From an uncultured Methanomicrobiales archaeon (lineage in GTDB: Archaea; Halobacteriota; Methanomicrobia; Methanomicrobiales; Methanospirillaceae), in assembly GCA_963697895.1 (NCBI GenBank), contig OY969100.1, positions 1,664,001 to 1,728,000 of the forward strand: a stretch of DNA of 64,000 nucleotides, in the 5' to 3' direction. Positions within the stretch are counted from its first letter, which is position 1. Each line of letters begins with the position of its first letter. Under the pieces are notes generated by a model, which ran no database searches, was not told the origin of the DNA, and was given only the letters and a program-made list of their open reading frames with translations. Position numbers and translations under genes: made by a program. Shown one piece after another: positions 1-10,199 of the stretch.

Positions 1-43
1 TCTGCTGCGGAGAACCGATGAAACTGGTTAAAGAGTGATAAAC

Positions 44-385
44 ATGGATAAACAACTCAAGGATCTGGAAGAGAAGATCGGAAAAGTCCCTCTGATCTTC
101 AAGGAATTGAAAGATCTCGACCCGGAATTGTATAAGTCAGTAATGGGTCTCGATCAGATGGTATGGAAAGACGGCGCTCTGTCCAAGAAGACAAAAAAAC
201 TGATCGCAATTGCGATTGCCGCTGCCCTCCGGGACAGACATGCGGTACGGGCTCAGATGGCAGGCGCAAAACACCTCGGGATCACGAAGGAAGAGCTGGA
301 TGAAACCCTTCGCGTCACCTTCCTGCTCGCTGGGATGCCGGCATACGTGTACGGGAAGGCTGCCGCAGAGGAATTGCTGAAGTGA
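44..385 (+). CDS. Carboxymuconolactone decarboxylase (CMD/AhpD-like) family protein, cysteine-free
   Basis: GALSKKTKKLIAIAIAAAL...GITKEEL...AGMPA is the CMD-family pattern; ATG at 44 (ORF track opens at 35); no CxxC. Confidence 0.8.
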   Translation: MDKQLKDLEEKIGKVPLIFKELKDLDPELYKSVMGLDQMVWKDGALSKKTKKLIAIAIAAALRDRHAVRAQMAGAKHLGITKEELDETLRVTFLLAGMPAYVYGKAAAEELLK

Positions 386-389
386 TCGT

Positions 390-1037
390 ATGTGTGGGGA
401 ATACGGCACCAATGCAATGCCGATCATCGGTGAGCCTGCCCCGGACTTCGACGCGATAACGACCCAGGGACCGATCAAACTCTCCGATCTGAAGGGGAAG
501 TGGGTGGTGATGTTCTCCCACCCGGCAGACTTTACACCGGTCTGCACGACCGAGTTCATGGCATTCGCCCAGGTTGCAGATGAGTTAAAGGCGCTGAACG
601 TCCAGCTGATCGGACTTTCCATCGATAGCGTTCCCTCTCATCTTGCATGGATCCGGAACTTAAAGGAAAAGATGGGAGTCCAGATCACGTTTCCGATCAT
701 CGCAGACCTGGATATGAAGATCGCGAAAACGTACGGGATGATCCACCCCGGGTCTAGCTCGACCGCAACCGTTCGGACCGTCTTTTTTATCGATGACAAG
801 GGAACACTCCGGGCAATGTTCTATTATCCCCTGACAAATGGACGGTATATGCCCGAGATCATCCGTCTGGTCAAGGCCTTCCAGACAACGGATACATACG
901 GGGTTTCGACCCCGGCCAACTGGCAGCCGGGAGATAAGGTCGTCGTACCAGCGCCCCGGACCGCGGCAGAGATGGAAAAACGGATGAGCGAAGGGTACGA
1001 GTGTAAAGAATGGTACCTCTGTTTTAAAAAGGTCTAA
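390..1037 (+). CDS. Peroxiredoxin (Prx6/archaeal type)
   Basis: FSHPADFTPVCTTE peroxidatic motif, GLSIDS, TPANWQPGD, C-terminal ECKEWYLC. Confidence 0.95.
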   Translation: MCGEYGTNAMPIIGEPAPDFDAITTQGPIKLSDLKGKWVVMFSHPADFTPVCTTEFMAFAQVADELKALNVQLIGLSIDSVPSHLAWIRNLKEKMGVQITFPIIADLDMKIAKTYGMIHPGSSSTATVRTVFFIDDKGTLRAMFYYPLTNGRYMPEIIRLVKAFQTTDTYGVSTPANWQPGDKVVVPAPRTAAEMEKRMSEGYECKEWYLCFKKV

Positions 1038-1047
1038 AGGTAACCGC

Positions 1048-1064
1048 TTTTTCCCATTTTTTTT
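1048..1064 (+). terminator. Putative archaeal oligo-T terminator after the peroxiredoxin gene
   Basis: T5 and T8 runs 10-27 nt after the stop codon. Confidence 0.5.
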
Positions 1065-1224
1065 ACATTGACATTTATCATAAATTGTGTCCGATTTGAA
1101 AATGATTTCTGTAATCCTCATTTTATTGAAAATAAGCCACGGATTTTCTTTATAAAAGATTTCTTCATATTATATATTTCTTCCTGAAAAAATATAAGTT
1201 AAGAGAGCGTCAGGTGTATCTTGT

Positions 1225-2493
1225 ATGAGAGCTCTTCAAGGTGGTGTACTTATTGTCATCGTAATACTCGCGATGACAACCGGTGCAGTCTCAGCGGTAA
1301 AATATGGCACGTTGAATGTCACGACCATTCCCTCGGCCCCTCCAGTTGCGAATGTGTTTCTGAACGGTTCACAGGTGGGTGTGACGGTTCCTCCTTTTTC
1401 AATGTCTCTACCGGTTGGGTACTATGCATTGAAACTGACCGTGACCACACCTCCCGATACTTATAAAGATTATAACAAGGTCATCCGTATCCGGAATAAC
1501 GTGACCACTACGGTGGTCGCGTTGATGAAGTTTCTCCCGCCTCCCCCGGTACTGAAATTAGGAAATCTTAACGTCTCGTCATCGCCGGGTCAGGCAGAAA
1601 TCTTCCTGAATGGCACGGATACGGGGAAAATAACTCCTGCCGCTTCCGGGAATGAAAGGCAGATAGCTAATCTTGCAGTTGGGACATATGAGGTTAAACT
1701 CACAAAACCCGGATATCTGGATTATATCGCGATAGTGAAAATCACGAATAATACGACGAAGCATGTGAACGCAGTCCTGCAGGTATACAATGGCCCATAT
1801 ACCGGTACACTCAATGTTTCCTCGATTCCATCCGGCGCGACCCTGTTCCTGAACAATTCGAACAAGGGTCCTACCCCCCAATTGATAACCGGACTCCCGG
1901 TCGGCACATACCAGTTGAACCTGACCCTGCCGGGGTATTACGAATTCAACCAGACGGTCGAAGTCACATCGGGTAATACGACCACCGTGATCGCCCTTAT
2001 GCAGGCGCTTCCTCCGCCGCCGACCTTGAAATTCGGCAATATCTCAGTCGATTCGCTCCCGCATGGAGCCCATGTATTTCTGAACAATTCAAGCCAGGGC
2101 ACCACTCCGCAATTGATCTCCCATTTGCCGATCGGCGATTACAATGTTCGGCTGACCAAACCGGGTTACCTGGATTATAACCAGACGGTCACCGTCATGG
2201 ATGGGCAGACGTATCCGTTATACATATTCCTGCAACCCATCCCGCCCGGAAACCTTGTCATCAATTCGACACCGAACGGGGCAACGATCTACATCATTAA
2301 TCCGGATGGCATGGGAAGCTACCCCGGGTTTACCAACACGACCCTCTACAATATCAAGCCCGGATTATACTGGGTACAGCTGCAGCAGTACGGCCACGGG
2401 GTGAATTATACGAATGTCATGGTCAATCCGGGAGAAACAGCCGTCGTCGATCTGATCCTTCCCAAACTCCTTCCTAACTTCCCCGGCGTATAA
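1225..2493 (+). CDS. Secreted PEGA-domain repeat protein
   Basis: Signal peptide; about five repeats of G.L.V.S.P.GA..FLN...G.TP....L..G.Y.V.L.KPGY; poly-Pro linkers; many N-x-S/T sequons. Confidence 0.85.
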   Translation: MRALQGGVLIVIVILAMTTGAVSAVKYGTLNVTTIPSAPPVANVFLNGSQVGVTVPPFSMSLPVGYYALKLTVTTPPDTYKDYNKVIRIRNNVTTTVVALMKFLPPPPVLKLGNLNVSSSPGQAEIFLNGTDTGKITPAASGNERQIANLAVGTYEVKLTKPGYLDYIAIVKITNNTTKHVNAVLQVYNGPYTGTLNVSSIPSGATLFLNNSNKGPTPQLITGLPVGTYQLNLTLPGYYEFNQTVEVTSGNTTTVIALMQALPPPPTLKFGNISVDSLPHGAHVFLNNSSQGTTPQLISHLPIGDYNVRLTKPGYLDYNQTVTVMDGQTYPLYIFLQPIPPGNLVINSTPNGATIYIINPDGMGSYPGFTNTTLYNIKPGLYWVQLQQYGHGVNYTNVMVNPGETAVVDLILPKLLPNFPGV

Positions 2494-2678
2494 TTTTTTT
2501 AAAAATCAGGAGGATATGCAATATGAATGAGGATATCGTAACCGGAGGGTTCAATCAAATATATTCGTCGATTCGGTACAAGGAAAAGTAATGCATCGAT
2601 TATTAGATTTTCATTGTTCTTACCTCCTGATCGAACGGTTCATTAACTATTTGTTCCCCGGACACGAACCTCACCGGT

Positions 2679-3293
2679 ATGGCGATTAAGGTCCTCGCAT
2701 TTGCAGGCAGTCCCCGGAGATTTGGAAACTCTGAGATCCTCCTCGACTGGGTTCTGGCTGAGATGGGAAAGGAGCCGGATGTGACCATCGATAAGATCAT
2801 ACTGACCGAGGCGGACGTGCACCCGTGCAGGGGCTGCAATGCCTGCGAGGTGCTGAACCAGTGCGTACAGCGGGACGGAATGGACATCATTGACGAGAAG
2901 ATCATTGCCGCCGACTGCATCATCCTCGCGGCTCCCATCTTCTGCATGGGGATCAGCGCACAGGCAAAGGCGCTGGTCGACCGTGCACAGGTGTTTCGAT
3001 CCCGGAAATATGTCCTGAAACTTCCCGTTGTTCCCCCTGAGCGCCTGGGAAAACGACTCGGAGTCTTCCTTTCAACTGCAGGGCAGACCTGGGACCATGT
3101 TTTCGACGGTGCAATCCCGTCCGTTAAGTGCTTCTTTCATGTTATTGACGTAAAAGATCGCGATATCCACTATCTGCTGGTAAATGGGGTGGATAAGAGT
3201 GGCGAAATTTCATCGCATCCCACCGCTCAACGCGATGCCGTTCAGCTTGCCCATGATGTGATTAGCGAACTCCGGCGACGTCTCGCCGGGTGA
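2679..3293 (+). CDS. Iron-sulfur flavoprotein (Isf)/NADPH-dependent FMN reductase family
   Basis: GSPRRFGNS FMN loop, CRGCNAC(x5)C cluster motif, APIF...KALVDR. Confidence 0.85.
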   Translation: MAIKVLAFAGSPRRFGNSEILLDWVLAEMGKEPDVTIDKIILTEADVHPCRGCNACEVLNQCVQRDGMDIIDEKIIAADCIILAAPIFCMGISAQAKALVDRAQVFRSRKYVLKLPVVPPERLGKRLGVFLSTAGQTWDHVFDGAIPSVKCFFHVIDVKDRDIHYLLVNGVDKSGEISSHPTAQRDAVQLAHDVISELRRRLAG

Positions 3294-3299
3294 TCGCAT

Positions 3300-3908
3300 A
3301 TGGTGGTCACCGTTCTTGGCATATCAGGAAGCCCTCACCGGCATGGCAATACGGAAACACTCCTTGACAGCTTTCTTGACGGTGCGCGGGAATCCCGGGG
3401 AACGGTCGACAAGGTGATCCTGAAAGATCTCTATTATTCGCCCTGCCTTGGATGCAATGTCTGTCACAAAGAAGGGGAATGTGTCGTTAGAGACGAGGCA
3501 ATCGAATTGTTCAAACGAATCGGAATGGCAGATTGCCTGGCAGTTGCATCTCCCATCTACAGTATGGGAATAACTGCCGAATTAAAAGGACTGATTGACC
3601 GTGCACAATACATCTGGGCACAGAAGTTTATATTAAAGACGCTGTATTTCACCGATGAACATATCAGGCACCATAAGGGGGTATTCATCTCAACTGCCGG
3701 ACTCTCCTGGGATAATGTTTTTGATGCCGCGTTTCCCGCGATAACGGCGTTTTTCAATACGCTCGGTTTCGAATATTACGATAACATCATCGCAAACGAG
3801 ATGGACCGTTATCACGGCATTCATGGGCACCCGACCGCCCTTCAGGAGGCAAATGCAAAAGGGAGAGAGATCGTGAGGCTCATCGGCGGGTTGAAAGAGG
3901 AAGAGTAG
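3300..3908 (+). CDS. Iron-sulfur flavoprotein (Isf) family, tandem paralog
   Basis: GSPHRHGNT, CLGCNVC(x5)C, SPIY...KGLIDRAQ. Confidence 0.85.
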   Translation: MVVTVLGISGSPHRHGNTETLLDSFLDGARESRGTVDKVILKDLYYSPCLGCNVCHKEGECVVRDEAIELFKRIGMADCLAVASPIYSMGITAELKGLIDRAQYIWAQKFILKTLYFTDEHIRHHKGVFISTAGLSWDNVFDAAFPAITAFFNTLGFEYYDNIIANEMDRYHGIHGHPTALQEANAKGREIVRLIGGLKEEE

Positions 3909-3946
3909 ACTTGCCGGCTCTTCCCCGAAATTCTTCTTTCCTGGTA

Positions 3947-4570
3947 CTACACGATGAGAGGATACAACGTCGCAATCAGGATTCCGAAGGAAGCCACGAT
4001 GAGGAGGGCAAAGACCGGGGGACTCCATGCAAGCACCTTTTTCCCATCCAGTACGCTCACCGGCAGCATATTGAATGCTGCAACCATCGCATTGACCTGG
4101 AGACCTACCATCCCTATGAGACCGGTAATAAATTGTCCTTCTCCGTTCAGAAAACCGGATGCCAGGAACAGCACCCCAAAGGGTATGCACAGGATGAGAT
4201 TGGTTAGTGGGCCCACAGCGGAGATCTTCCCGTTCTGTTCGCGAGTGATACCCGTCCCATAGATCATCGTCGCACCCGGCGCTGCGAAGACAATGCCAAC
4301 CAGCGCAGCAAGTGCCACAGCGACCAGAAGCATAATGTTGTCCTTACGGAATTCAGCCCAGTATCCGTATTTGAGTGCCGAGAACTTGTGGGCAAGCTCG
4401 TGAAGGATGAACCCGATACCCACGGTTATGAGGGAGACCCCGAAATAGAGAAAGAATTCGGGAAGTACGAGCTGCTTGCCCCGGATAAAAATAAGGGTGA
4501 ACGCGATGGAGATGGCGATCCAGGCAATAAGAAGGTCATTTCGTTCCCTTCTGGTAATCCGTTCCAACAT
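3947..4570 (-). CDS. Membrane zinc metalloprotease, M50 (site-2 protease) family
   Basis: HELAH, GPLTN, FNMLP..LDG motifs; several TM segments. Confidence 0.9.
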   Translation of the reverse strand: MLERITRRERNDLLIAWIAISIAFTLIFIRGKQLVLPEFFLYFGVSLITVGIGFILHELAHKFSALKYGYWAEFRKDNIMLLVAVALAALVGIVFAAPGATMIYGTGITREQNGKISAVGPLTNLILCIPFGVLFLASGFLNGEGQFITGLIGMVGLQVNAMVAAFNMLPVSVLDGKKVLAWSPPVFALLIVASFGILIATLYPLIV

Positions 4571-4788
4571 GTAGATATCAGCTTATCTGATCTGTTGTCT
4601 TCCCCCTTATGTTCTTGGGTTCATTTTCCCCGGTTGGCATCCTCTCTTTGGAGATATTTGTTTCCGGCAGAGCTCTCTTGATTTTACAGACGGCGCCTCC
4701 CGGATTTCTTTTCGTCAGGATCTAAATAGGGATTTTCTCTATAAGGAGTGCCACCAGATTTATGTCGTCCGCGACCCGGTACTAGTAC

Positions 4789-5073
4789 ATGCCTGTCGCT
4801 GCGTTAAGAGAGGAGATAAGTCTAATCGATGCACAGATCATCGCTCTGATTGCCGAACGCCAGAAACTTGCCAGAAAGATTGCCCAGGCAAAGTTCAACG
4901 AGGGTCTTCCTATACATGACGAGGAACGGACAAGGCAGGTTCTGGAAGATGCATTCAATATTGCGGTGGAACAGAAGATCAATCCGGTTCTGGTACGGGA
5001 GATCTTTTCCGTTTTGATTGCGATGAGTGAAGAGCGACAGCGGGAATGCTCAGGGGAGGGGAACCTCCCCTGA
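4789..5073 (+). CDS. Chorismate mutase (AroQ type, monofunctional)
   Basis: LREEISLIDAQIIALIAERQKLARKIAQAK...PIHDEER. Confidence 0.85.
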   Translation: MPVAALREEISLIDAQIIALIAERQKLARKIAQAKFNEGLPIHDEERTRQVLEDAFNIAVEQKINPVLVREIFSVLIAMSEERQRECSGEGNLP

Positions 5074-5088
5074 AAATTTCGGTCTTCA

Positions 5089-6204
5089 TCAAAAGAAGAG
5101 TTCGGCGATAATAAATGCCCCGATCCCAATCATGACCGCACCCATGATGAGCCTCACCATCATCCGGTGTTCCAGACGCCACCGGTTGAGCCGTTCAGGG
5201 GGGATTCCAAAGGAGATTATAAGGAGGATGGCAACAAGCGGCAGCACGAATATGACATTATAGAGGAGCAGGTACGGTAAGCCTGCAGTTATCGTGCCCT
5301 GATGGGAAAGCAATGATAAAATGGCGAGATAGATACCGCCGGTGCAGGGAAGTTCAAACATCCCCACAAGGATCCCGAGGACGAACGCTGCTGGCAGGGA
5401 TCCCTTTTTCACATATGCATCTATGACCCCCTTCCGGGATTCTGGGATCGCAAGGAAAGCTCCCTTATCTCCAAAAAAAGCATCCCTGATGGTGATCAAC
5501 CCGAAGAGGATTGCAAGGGAGGCGGCGATCACGGAGAAAATTCTTGATATCCCGGATACCTGGACAATTGCAAATATACCCAATCCGGAGAGGAAGTAAA
5601 AAATGAATACGGCGATGATATAAATCGTCCCGACAAGGAGCATTTTCCGCCGGGAATCAAGGGCGATGAGAGAGATGAGGAGAAAAATGAGCACGGAAAA
5701 TGCACAGGGATTGATTCCATCGATCAGCGCTGCGGAGACGATCAAGGGGATGGTCAACTGGGAAGAAATATGCTCCTCAACCGGAGTCACTATGGGAGAA
5801 GGCGGTATCGTCCCGGTTGGGTTCGCCCGCTCCGCCTCGATTGCATCCGTTAGATTGGCTTTGATCGCATCATACCCGGTTATCTCTTGAGTTCCGACAA
5901 AGACCGACGGGACGAGCGAAAACGGATGCCCATACCGCTCGCTCATCTCCTGGAATAACTCCTCGTTCGTCGCATTATCAAAGATGTCAAATGCCCTGAC
6001 CTGCACGTCAGGTTGTTCCCGGGCAACCTCCTCAATGTAAGGGATCGCTTTCTGGCAGTCTCCACAGTGCTGGTTATAGAAAAAATATACGACGATCGTC
6101 CCGGATGGTATCGTTTCACTCGGAACCGAATAGGTAAGCGGTGGTTCGTCGGATACCGCGGATCCGTGTGCCACGAGAATGCACAGGAACAGCAGACCCA
6201 GCAC
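5089..6204 (-). CDS. Thioredoxin-like domain fused to CcdA/DsbD-type transmembrane electron transporter
   Basis: N-terminal signal segment, FFYNQHCGDC CxxC, then TM domain with DGINPCAF and FELPCTGG; start codon uncertain. Confidence 0.85.
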   Translation of the reverse strand: MLGLLFLCILVAHGSAVSDEPPLTYSVPSETIPSGTIVVYFFYNQHCGDCQKAIPYIEEVAREQPDVQVRAFDIFDNATNEELFQEMSERYGHPFSLVPSVFVGTQEITGYDAIKANLTDAIEAERANPTGTIPPSPIVTPVEEHISSQLTIPLIVSAALIDGINPCAFSVLIFLLISLIALDSRRKMLLVGTIYIIAVFIFYFLSGLGIFAIVQVSGISRIFSVIAASLAILFGLITIRDAFFGDKGAFLAIPESRKGVIDAYVKKGSLPAAFVLGILVGMFELPCTGGIYLAILSLLSHQGTITAGLPYLLLYNVIFVLPLVAILLIISFGIPPERLNRWRLEHRMMVRLIMGAVMIGIGAFIIAELFF

Positions 6205-6294
6205 GAGGAGGTGGGCCGGTTTATTGGCGATTGTATACCCAAAAATGCCCGTTCCTGTGTGTGTTATAGATGGCGATGTCTTTTCCGTGATCTT

Positions 6295-7167
6295 CTACCC
6301 CTTGTAGAGCATCGTCCCGACACCCTCATTCGTAAAAAGCTCGAGGAGGAGATTATGTCCGATATTGCCATTGATCACGTGAGCATAAGAGACTCCGCAC
6401 TGGACGGCTTTCATTATCGATGCCATTTTCGGGATCATTCCTTCACTGATCGCTCCGGAGGTCAGCATATCCTCCGCTTCGGTGAGGCTTAGTCGTCGAT
6501 ATACCTTCGTTCTCCCTGCATCCATGATACCGTCAACATCTGTCATTGTTATCAACTTGTAGGCCGATAATGCAATCGCGATATCCCCTGCCGCCGTATC
6601 AGCGTTAATATTCAATCCCTGTCCGTTTCGATCGATGGCTATCGGGGATATCACCGGGATATACTGATTGTCAAGAAGGATATGAAGAATCGAGGGGTCA
6701 ATCTCTTCTATCTCCCCGACGTGTCCGAGGTCGACCTCATGTACTTTTCCCTGTATATTGACCTTCTGAGGTTCCATCTTCCTTCCGATTATCAGGTTCC
6801 CGTCATTTCCCGAGAGGCCGATACCCCGTGCCCCACATTTTGCGATGAGAGAGACTATCCCCGAATTGATTTTCCCGACCAGGACCATCTGTGCAATTTC
6901 CAGGGTTTCCTGGTCAGTAACCCGAAGGCCTCCAACAAATTTGGATTCTTTACCCAGCGCCTTCATCTTTGTGGTAATCTCGGGGCCACCTCCGTGAACC
7001 AGCACGACCCGGATCCCCACATACTGGAGAAGGACAGCGTTTTTTATCGCGTTCTCCAGGATTTGCGGGTCGATCATCGCATGACCGCCAAGTTTGATGA
7101 CCATCACCTTGCCGTGGAACTGCTGGATGTAGGGCAATGCTTCCATGAGAACTTCTTCACGCTTCAT
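6295..7167 (-). CDS. argB: Acetylglutamate kinase
   Basis: [36 protein letters not shown]. Confidence 0.95.
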   Translation of the reverse strand: MKREEVLMEALPYIQQFHGKVMVIKLGGHAMIDPQILENAIKNAVLLQYVGIRVVLVHGGGPEITTKMKALGKESKFVGGLRVTDQETLEIAQMVLVGKINSGIVSLIAKCGARGIGLSGNDGNLIIGRKMEPQKVNIQGKVHEVDLGHVGEIEEIDPSILHILLDNQYIPVISPIAIDRNGQGLNINADTAAGDIAIALSAYKLITMTDVDGIMDAGRTKVYRRLSLTEAEDMLTSGAISEGMIPKMASIMKAVQCGVSYAHVINGNIGHNLLLELFTNEGVGTMLYKG

Positions 7168-8315
7168 GTTGTGTATCTCCCGTTAATCTCCACGTATTTC
7201 TCCGTCAGGTCGCATCCCCATGCGGTCGCCTCACCGCTCCCGCCGCCCAGATCAAGCTCAAAGATTACGTGTTTTCCCACCATCGCACCTTTTGCAGCAT
7301 CCAGATCGACAACGATCTCTCCGGAGAGTACCAGGGGGTACCGTGACATCCCATCGCTGATCCAGAGGGAGAAAGCGTTCGGATCGAAATCGACACCCGC
7401 CCTTCCTGCAGCGGCGACAACCCTCCCCCAGTTTGGATCTTCTCCATATACCGCTGTTTTGACGAGCGGGGACCCCACTATAGTCCGGGCCACTATGGCT
7501 GCATTCTCTTCATTCCCGGCCCCCCGAACCGTAACCTCGAGGAGTTTTGTCACTCCCTCCCCATCACGGGCGATCTGAATCGCAAGAGAACGGCAGCATT
7601 CTTCCAGAGCATCTGATAGAATCTTCATTTTTACGCGGCCACATTCACCGGTCGCGGTGATCAGGGCGAGATCATTGGTACTTGTATCTCCATCGACAAC
7701 GATGCGATTGAATGTCCGGTTGACTGCCTGCTTGAGGATATTCCTCAGGATACGGGGTTCAACTGCTGCATCTGTATATAGGAAAGCAAGCATTGTGCCC
7801 ATCATGGGTGCGATCATACCGCTCCCTTTCGTGATACCGCCGACCGAAAATGAATCCCTTTTGACCAGGGCATGTTTCGGGAAGGTGTCGGTCGTCATGA
7901 TCGCCTCAGCCGCTAAATCTTCCCCTCGCCTTCCCCGTTCGAGGAGGGGAGCGATCCGACTCGCCTGATCCTCTATCCGGGGCAGGTCCAGATACCGCCC
8001 GATCACACCGGTACTCGCAACACCCACATTCTCTGGTTCAATGTGCAACTGCTCACCTGCAATCGAAGCCATTGTACAGGCATCCTGATATCCTCTTTCG
8101 CCCGTATAGGCATTTGCACAGCCGCTGTTCACGATGACTCCTTCAAGAACACCACGGCGTATGCGATCCTCCATCAGCTCGATAGGTGGTGCTCGTACCC
8201 GATTTGTGGTAAAGACTCCGGCAGCGGAGCCCCCTGCCTTAATCAGGGCAAGGCCATACTTCCCCTCCTTGATACCGTACGCGGTTACCCCTTCAACGCT
8301 GCAAATGCTTCTCAA
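7164..8315 (-). CDS. argJ: Ornithine acetyltransferase/N-acetylglutamate synthase
   Basis: [51 protein letters not shown]. Confidence 0.95.
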   Translation of the reverse strand: MRSICSVEGVTAYGIKEGKYGLALIKAGGSAAGVFTTNRVRAPPIELMEDRIRRGVLEGVIVNSGCANAYTGERGYQDACTMASIAGEQLHIEPENVGVASTGVIGRYLDLPRIEDQASRIAPLLERGRRGEDLAAEAIMTTDTFPKHALVKRDSFSVGGITKGSGMIAPMMGTMLAFLYTDAAVEPRILRNILKQAVNRTFNRIVVDGDTSTNDLALITATGECGRVKMKILSDALEECCRSLAIQIARDGEGVTKLLEVTVRGAGNEENAAIVARTIVGSPLVKTAVYGEDPNWGRVVAAAGRAGVDFDPNAFSLWISDGMSRYPLVLSGEIVVDLDAAKGAMVGKHVIFELDLGGGSGEATAWGCDLTEKYVEINGRYTT

Positions 8316-8327
8316 CGATTTCTCCTC

Positions 8328-8822
8328 TCATGCATGCTTCTCTTCAAATTCCGAACCTACTCCCTGGACGATATCCGCGCGAGTGATGATCCCCACCACC
8401 TTTTCGTCACGAACCACCGGTAGCCGGGCAATCTTCCGCTTTAGCATGATCGAAGCTGCTTCCTCGATATCGGTATCCTCGGTCACGGTGATGACGGGGT
8501 GACTCATCACACTACTGACCGGAATATCTCCGATATCTGAGAGCGCGCGTTTTGTCTTTTCCCAGTTGATGTACTCCCGTATGGGGACTTCTATCAGCTC
8601 AAGCGGTGAAGGGAGCCAGAGGTCATCCGATATATTTCCGGTCTCTAAGAGAGATAGAATATCCGATTCGGTAACGATACCAGCCAATTTTTCTCCGTCT
8701 ACAACCGGAAGCCCCCCGATATGGTTTTTTTTCAACAGCCCTGCAGCCACACGCACAGCAGCATGGATCGGGACCACAATCGGATCCCTTGTCATAACAT
8801 CACGTACAAGCATTATATTCAC
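8328..8822 (-). CDS. CBS-domain pair protein
   Basis: Two CBS repeats (VRDVMT...GLPVV...GIVTESD; VM..PVITV...RLPVV...GIITRAD). Confidence 0.9.
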   Translation of the reverse strand: MNIMLVRDVMTRDPIVVPIHAAVRVAAGLLKKNHIGGLPVVDGEKLAGIVTESDILSLLETGNISDDLWLPSPLELIEVPIREYINWEKTKRALSDIGDIPVSSVMSHPVITVTEDTDIEEAASIMLKRKIARLPVVRDEKVVGIITRADIVQGVGSEFEEKHA

Positions 8823-8825
8823 CTC

Positions 8826-9812
8826 TCAAGGCAGCACTCCCGCTGCCCTGAGGCCATCGCGTTCATCATATCCACACATAATATTCATATTCTGTATCGC
8901 CTGGCCACTCGCACCCTTGACAAGATTGTCAATTGCGGTAACTGCAACCACCCGTGCCCCTTCACTTTCGACCATTACATCACAGAAATTGCTTCCCCTT
9001 ACTGAAGCAAGCATCGGTCGCTGGTACCTGACAAATATCTCCTTCTGATAATAGGATCGGTACAGTTGTTCCACTTCCTCCTGCTCCATCGGCTCTCGCA
9101 GAAGGATATGGGCGGTGGTTAGAATTCCCCGGTTCACCGGGACCAGATGAGGGGTAAAGAAGCATCTTGCCGTAGAACCGAGCCGCACTAATTCCATCTT
9201 CATCTCAGCGAGGTGCCGGTGAGAGGTCCACTTGTACGGGTTGATATTATCTCCGACATTCGGGTAGTGTGTGACAGCCGATGGGTTGTCGCCTGCTCCA
9301 CTTACACCTGTTTTGGAATCATAAATAACGGAATCAGCGTACTTTGCAAGGGGAGCGGCGGCAATAGTAGCTCCTGTCGGGAAACATCCGGGATTTGCCA
9401 CAAACTTTGATCCCATACACTCCTTACGGTGAAATTCCGGCAATCCATACGGAGCCTCAAAGTAATCGGTATGACTCACTTCATACACCTTCTCGTAGAT
9501 CTCCTTTGGAAGCCGGTAATCAGCGCTCAGGTCCACCACTTTAATCCCCTGATCAAGAAGGGGTCGAACATATGCCATCGCAGCGGTGTGGGGGACTGCA
9601 AGGAACACAAAGTCTGCATCGATCGCTGTGATCGCGGGGTTCGAGAAACAGAGATCGGTAAACCGCTTCAGATGAGGATGCACCTGATCAACCGGCTTTC
9701 CGTCATATTTACGCGATGTTGCACAGACAATGTCCGCTGAAGGGTGTGAGAGAAGCAGCCTTATCAGGTCCCCACCGGTGTATCCGGACGCACCAATGAT
9801 GGCAATTTTCAT
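8826..9812 (-). CDS. argC: N-acetyl-gamma-glutamyl-phosphate reductase
   Basis: [39 protein letters not shown]. Confidence 0.95.
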   Translation of the reverse strand: MKIAIIGASGYTGGDLIRLLLSHPSADIVCATSRKYDGKPVDQVHPHLKRFTDLCFSNPAITAIDADFVFLAVPHTAAMAYVRPLLDQGIKVVDLSADYRLPKEIYEKVYEVSHTDYFEAPYGLPEFHRKECMGSKFVANPGCFPTGATIAAAPLAKYADSVIYDSKTGVSGAGDNPSAVTHYPNVGDNINPYKWTSHRHLAEMKMELVRLGSTARCFFTPHLVPVNRGILTTAHILLREPMEQEEVEQLYRSYYQKEIFVRYQRPMLASVRGSNFCDVMVESEGARVVAVTAIDNLVKGASGQAIQNMNIMCGYDERDGLRAAGVLP

Positions 9813-9922
9813 AAAAGACTATTTAATTTGGATAATTTAATGCTTTTTACCTCGCCACTCCCCCGCGCTAGATCCGGGTATATTGAATTTCTCCCGTCAG
9901 GGGTCGCGTGTTTGTAAGAGCA

Positions 9923-9954
9923 TAATCATTAATAATTATAATGATTAATCATTA
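9923..9954. promoter_or_regulatory. Overlapping palindrome array, candidate transcription-factor operator in the argC/acs divergent region
   Basis: TAATCATTA-7-TAATGATTA (9923-9947) overlaps the perfect 16-bp palindrome TAATGATTAATCATTA (9939-9954). Confidence 0.5.
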
Positions 9955-10199
9955 AAATAAGAATACCGGAGGTGTGGAAGTCAATATCGACTGGAGGAGA
10001 GGATACTGGTTTACATACGAGAAAAACCGGAAAATGAGTAGGAGAGAGAACAATGATCAGGACTGCGTTGAAGAGACGTGGTTAAGAGAAAGTCCGTGGT
10101 CCGGCCTGTGATCGTAATCTTTCGATGAAGCTGGCCACCTTCGAAAGCATTTCATATCGTCATGCACGATTGGTTTTATCCATGGGAATAGGTGCACAC

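Noticed and set aside
6682-7578. 298-aa plus-strand ORF and many similar antisense ORFs (e.g. 10431-11144, 40183-40878, 53348-53986, 63157-63912)
   Set aside because: Shadow frames opposite well-supported genes, with no recognisable motifs
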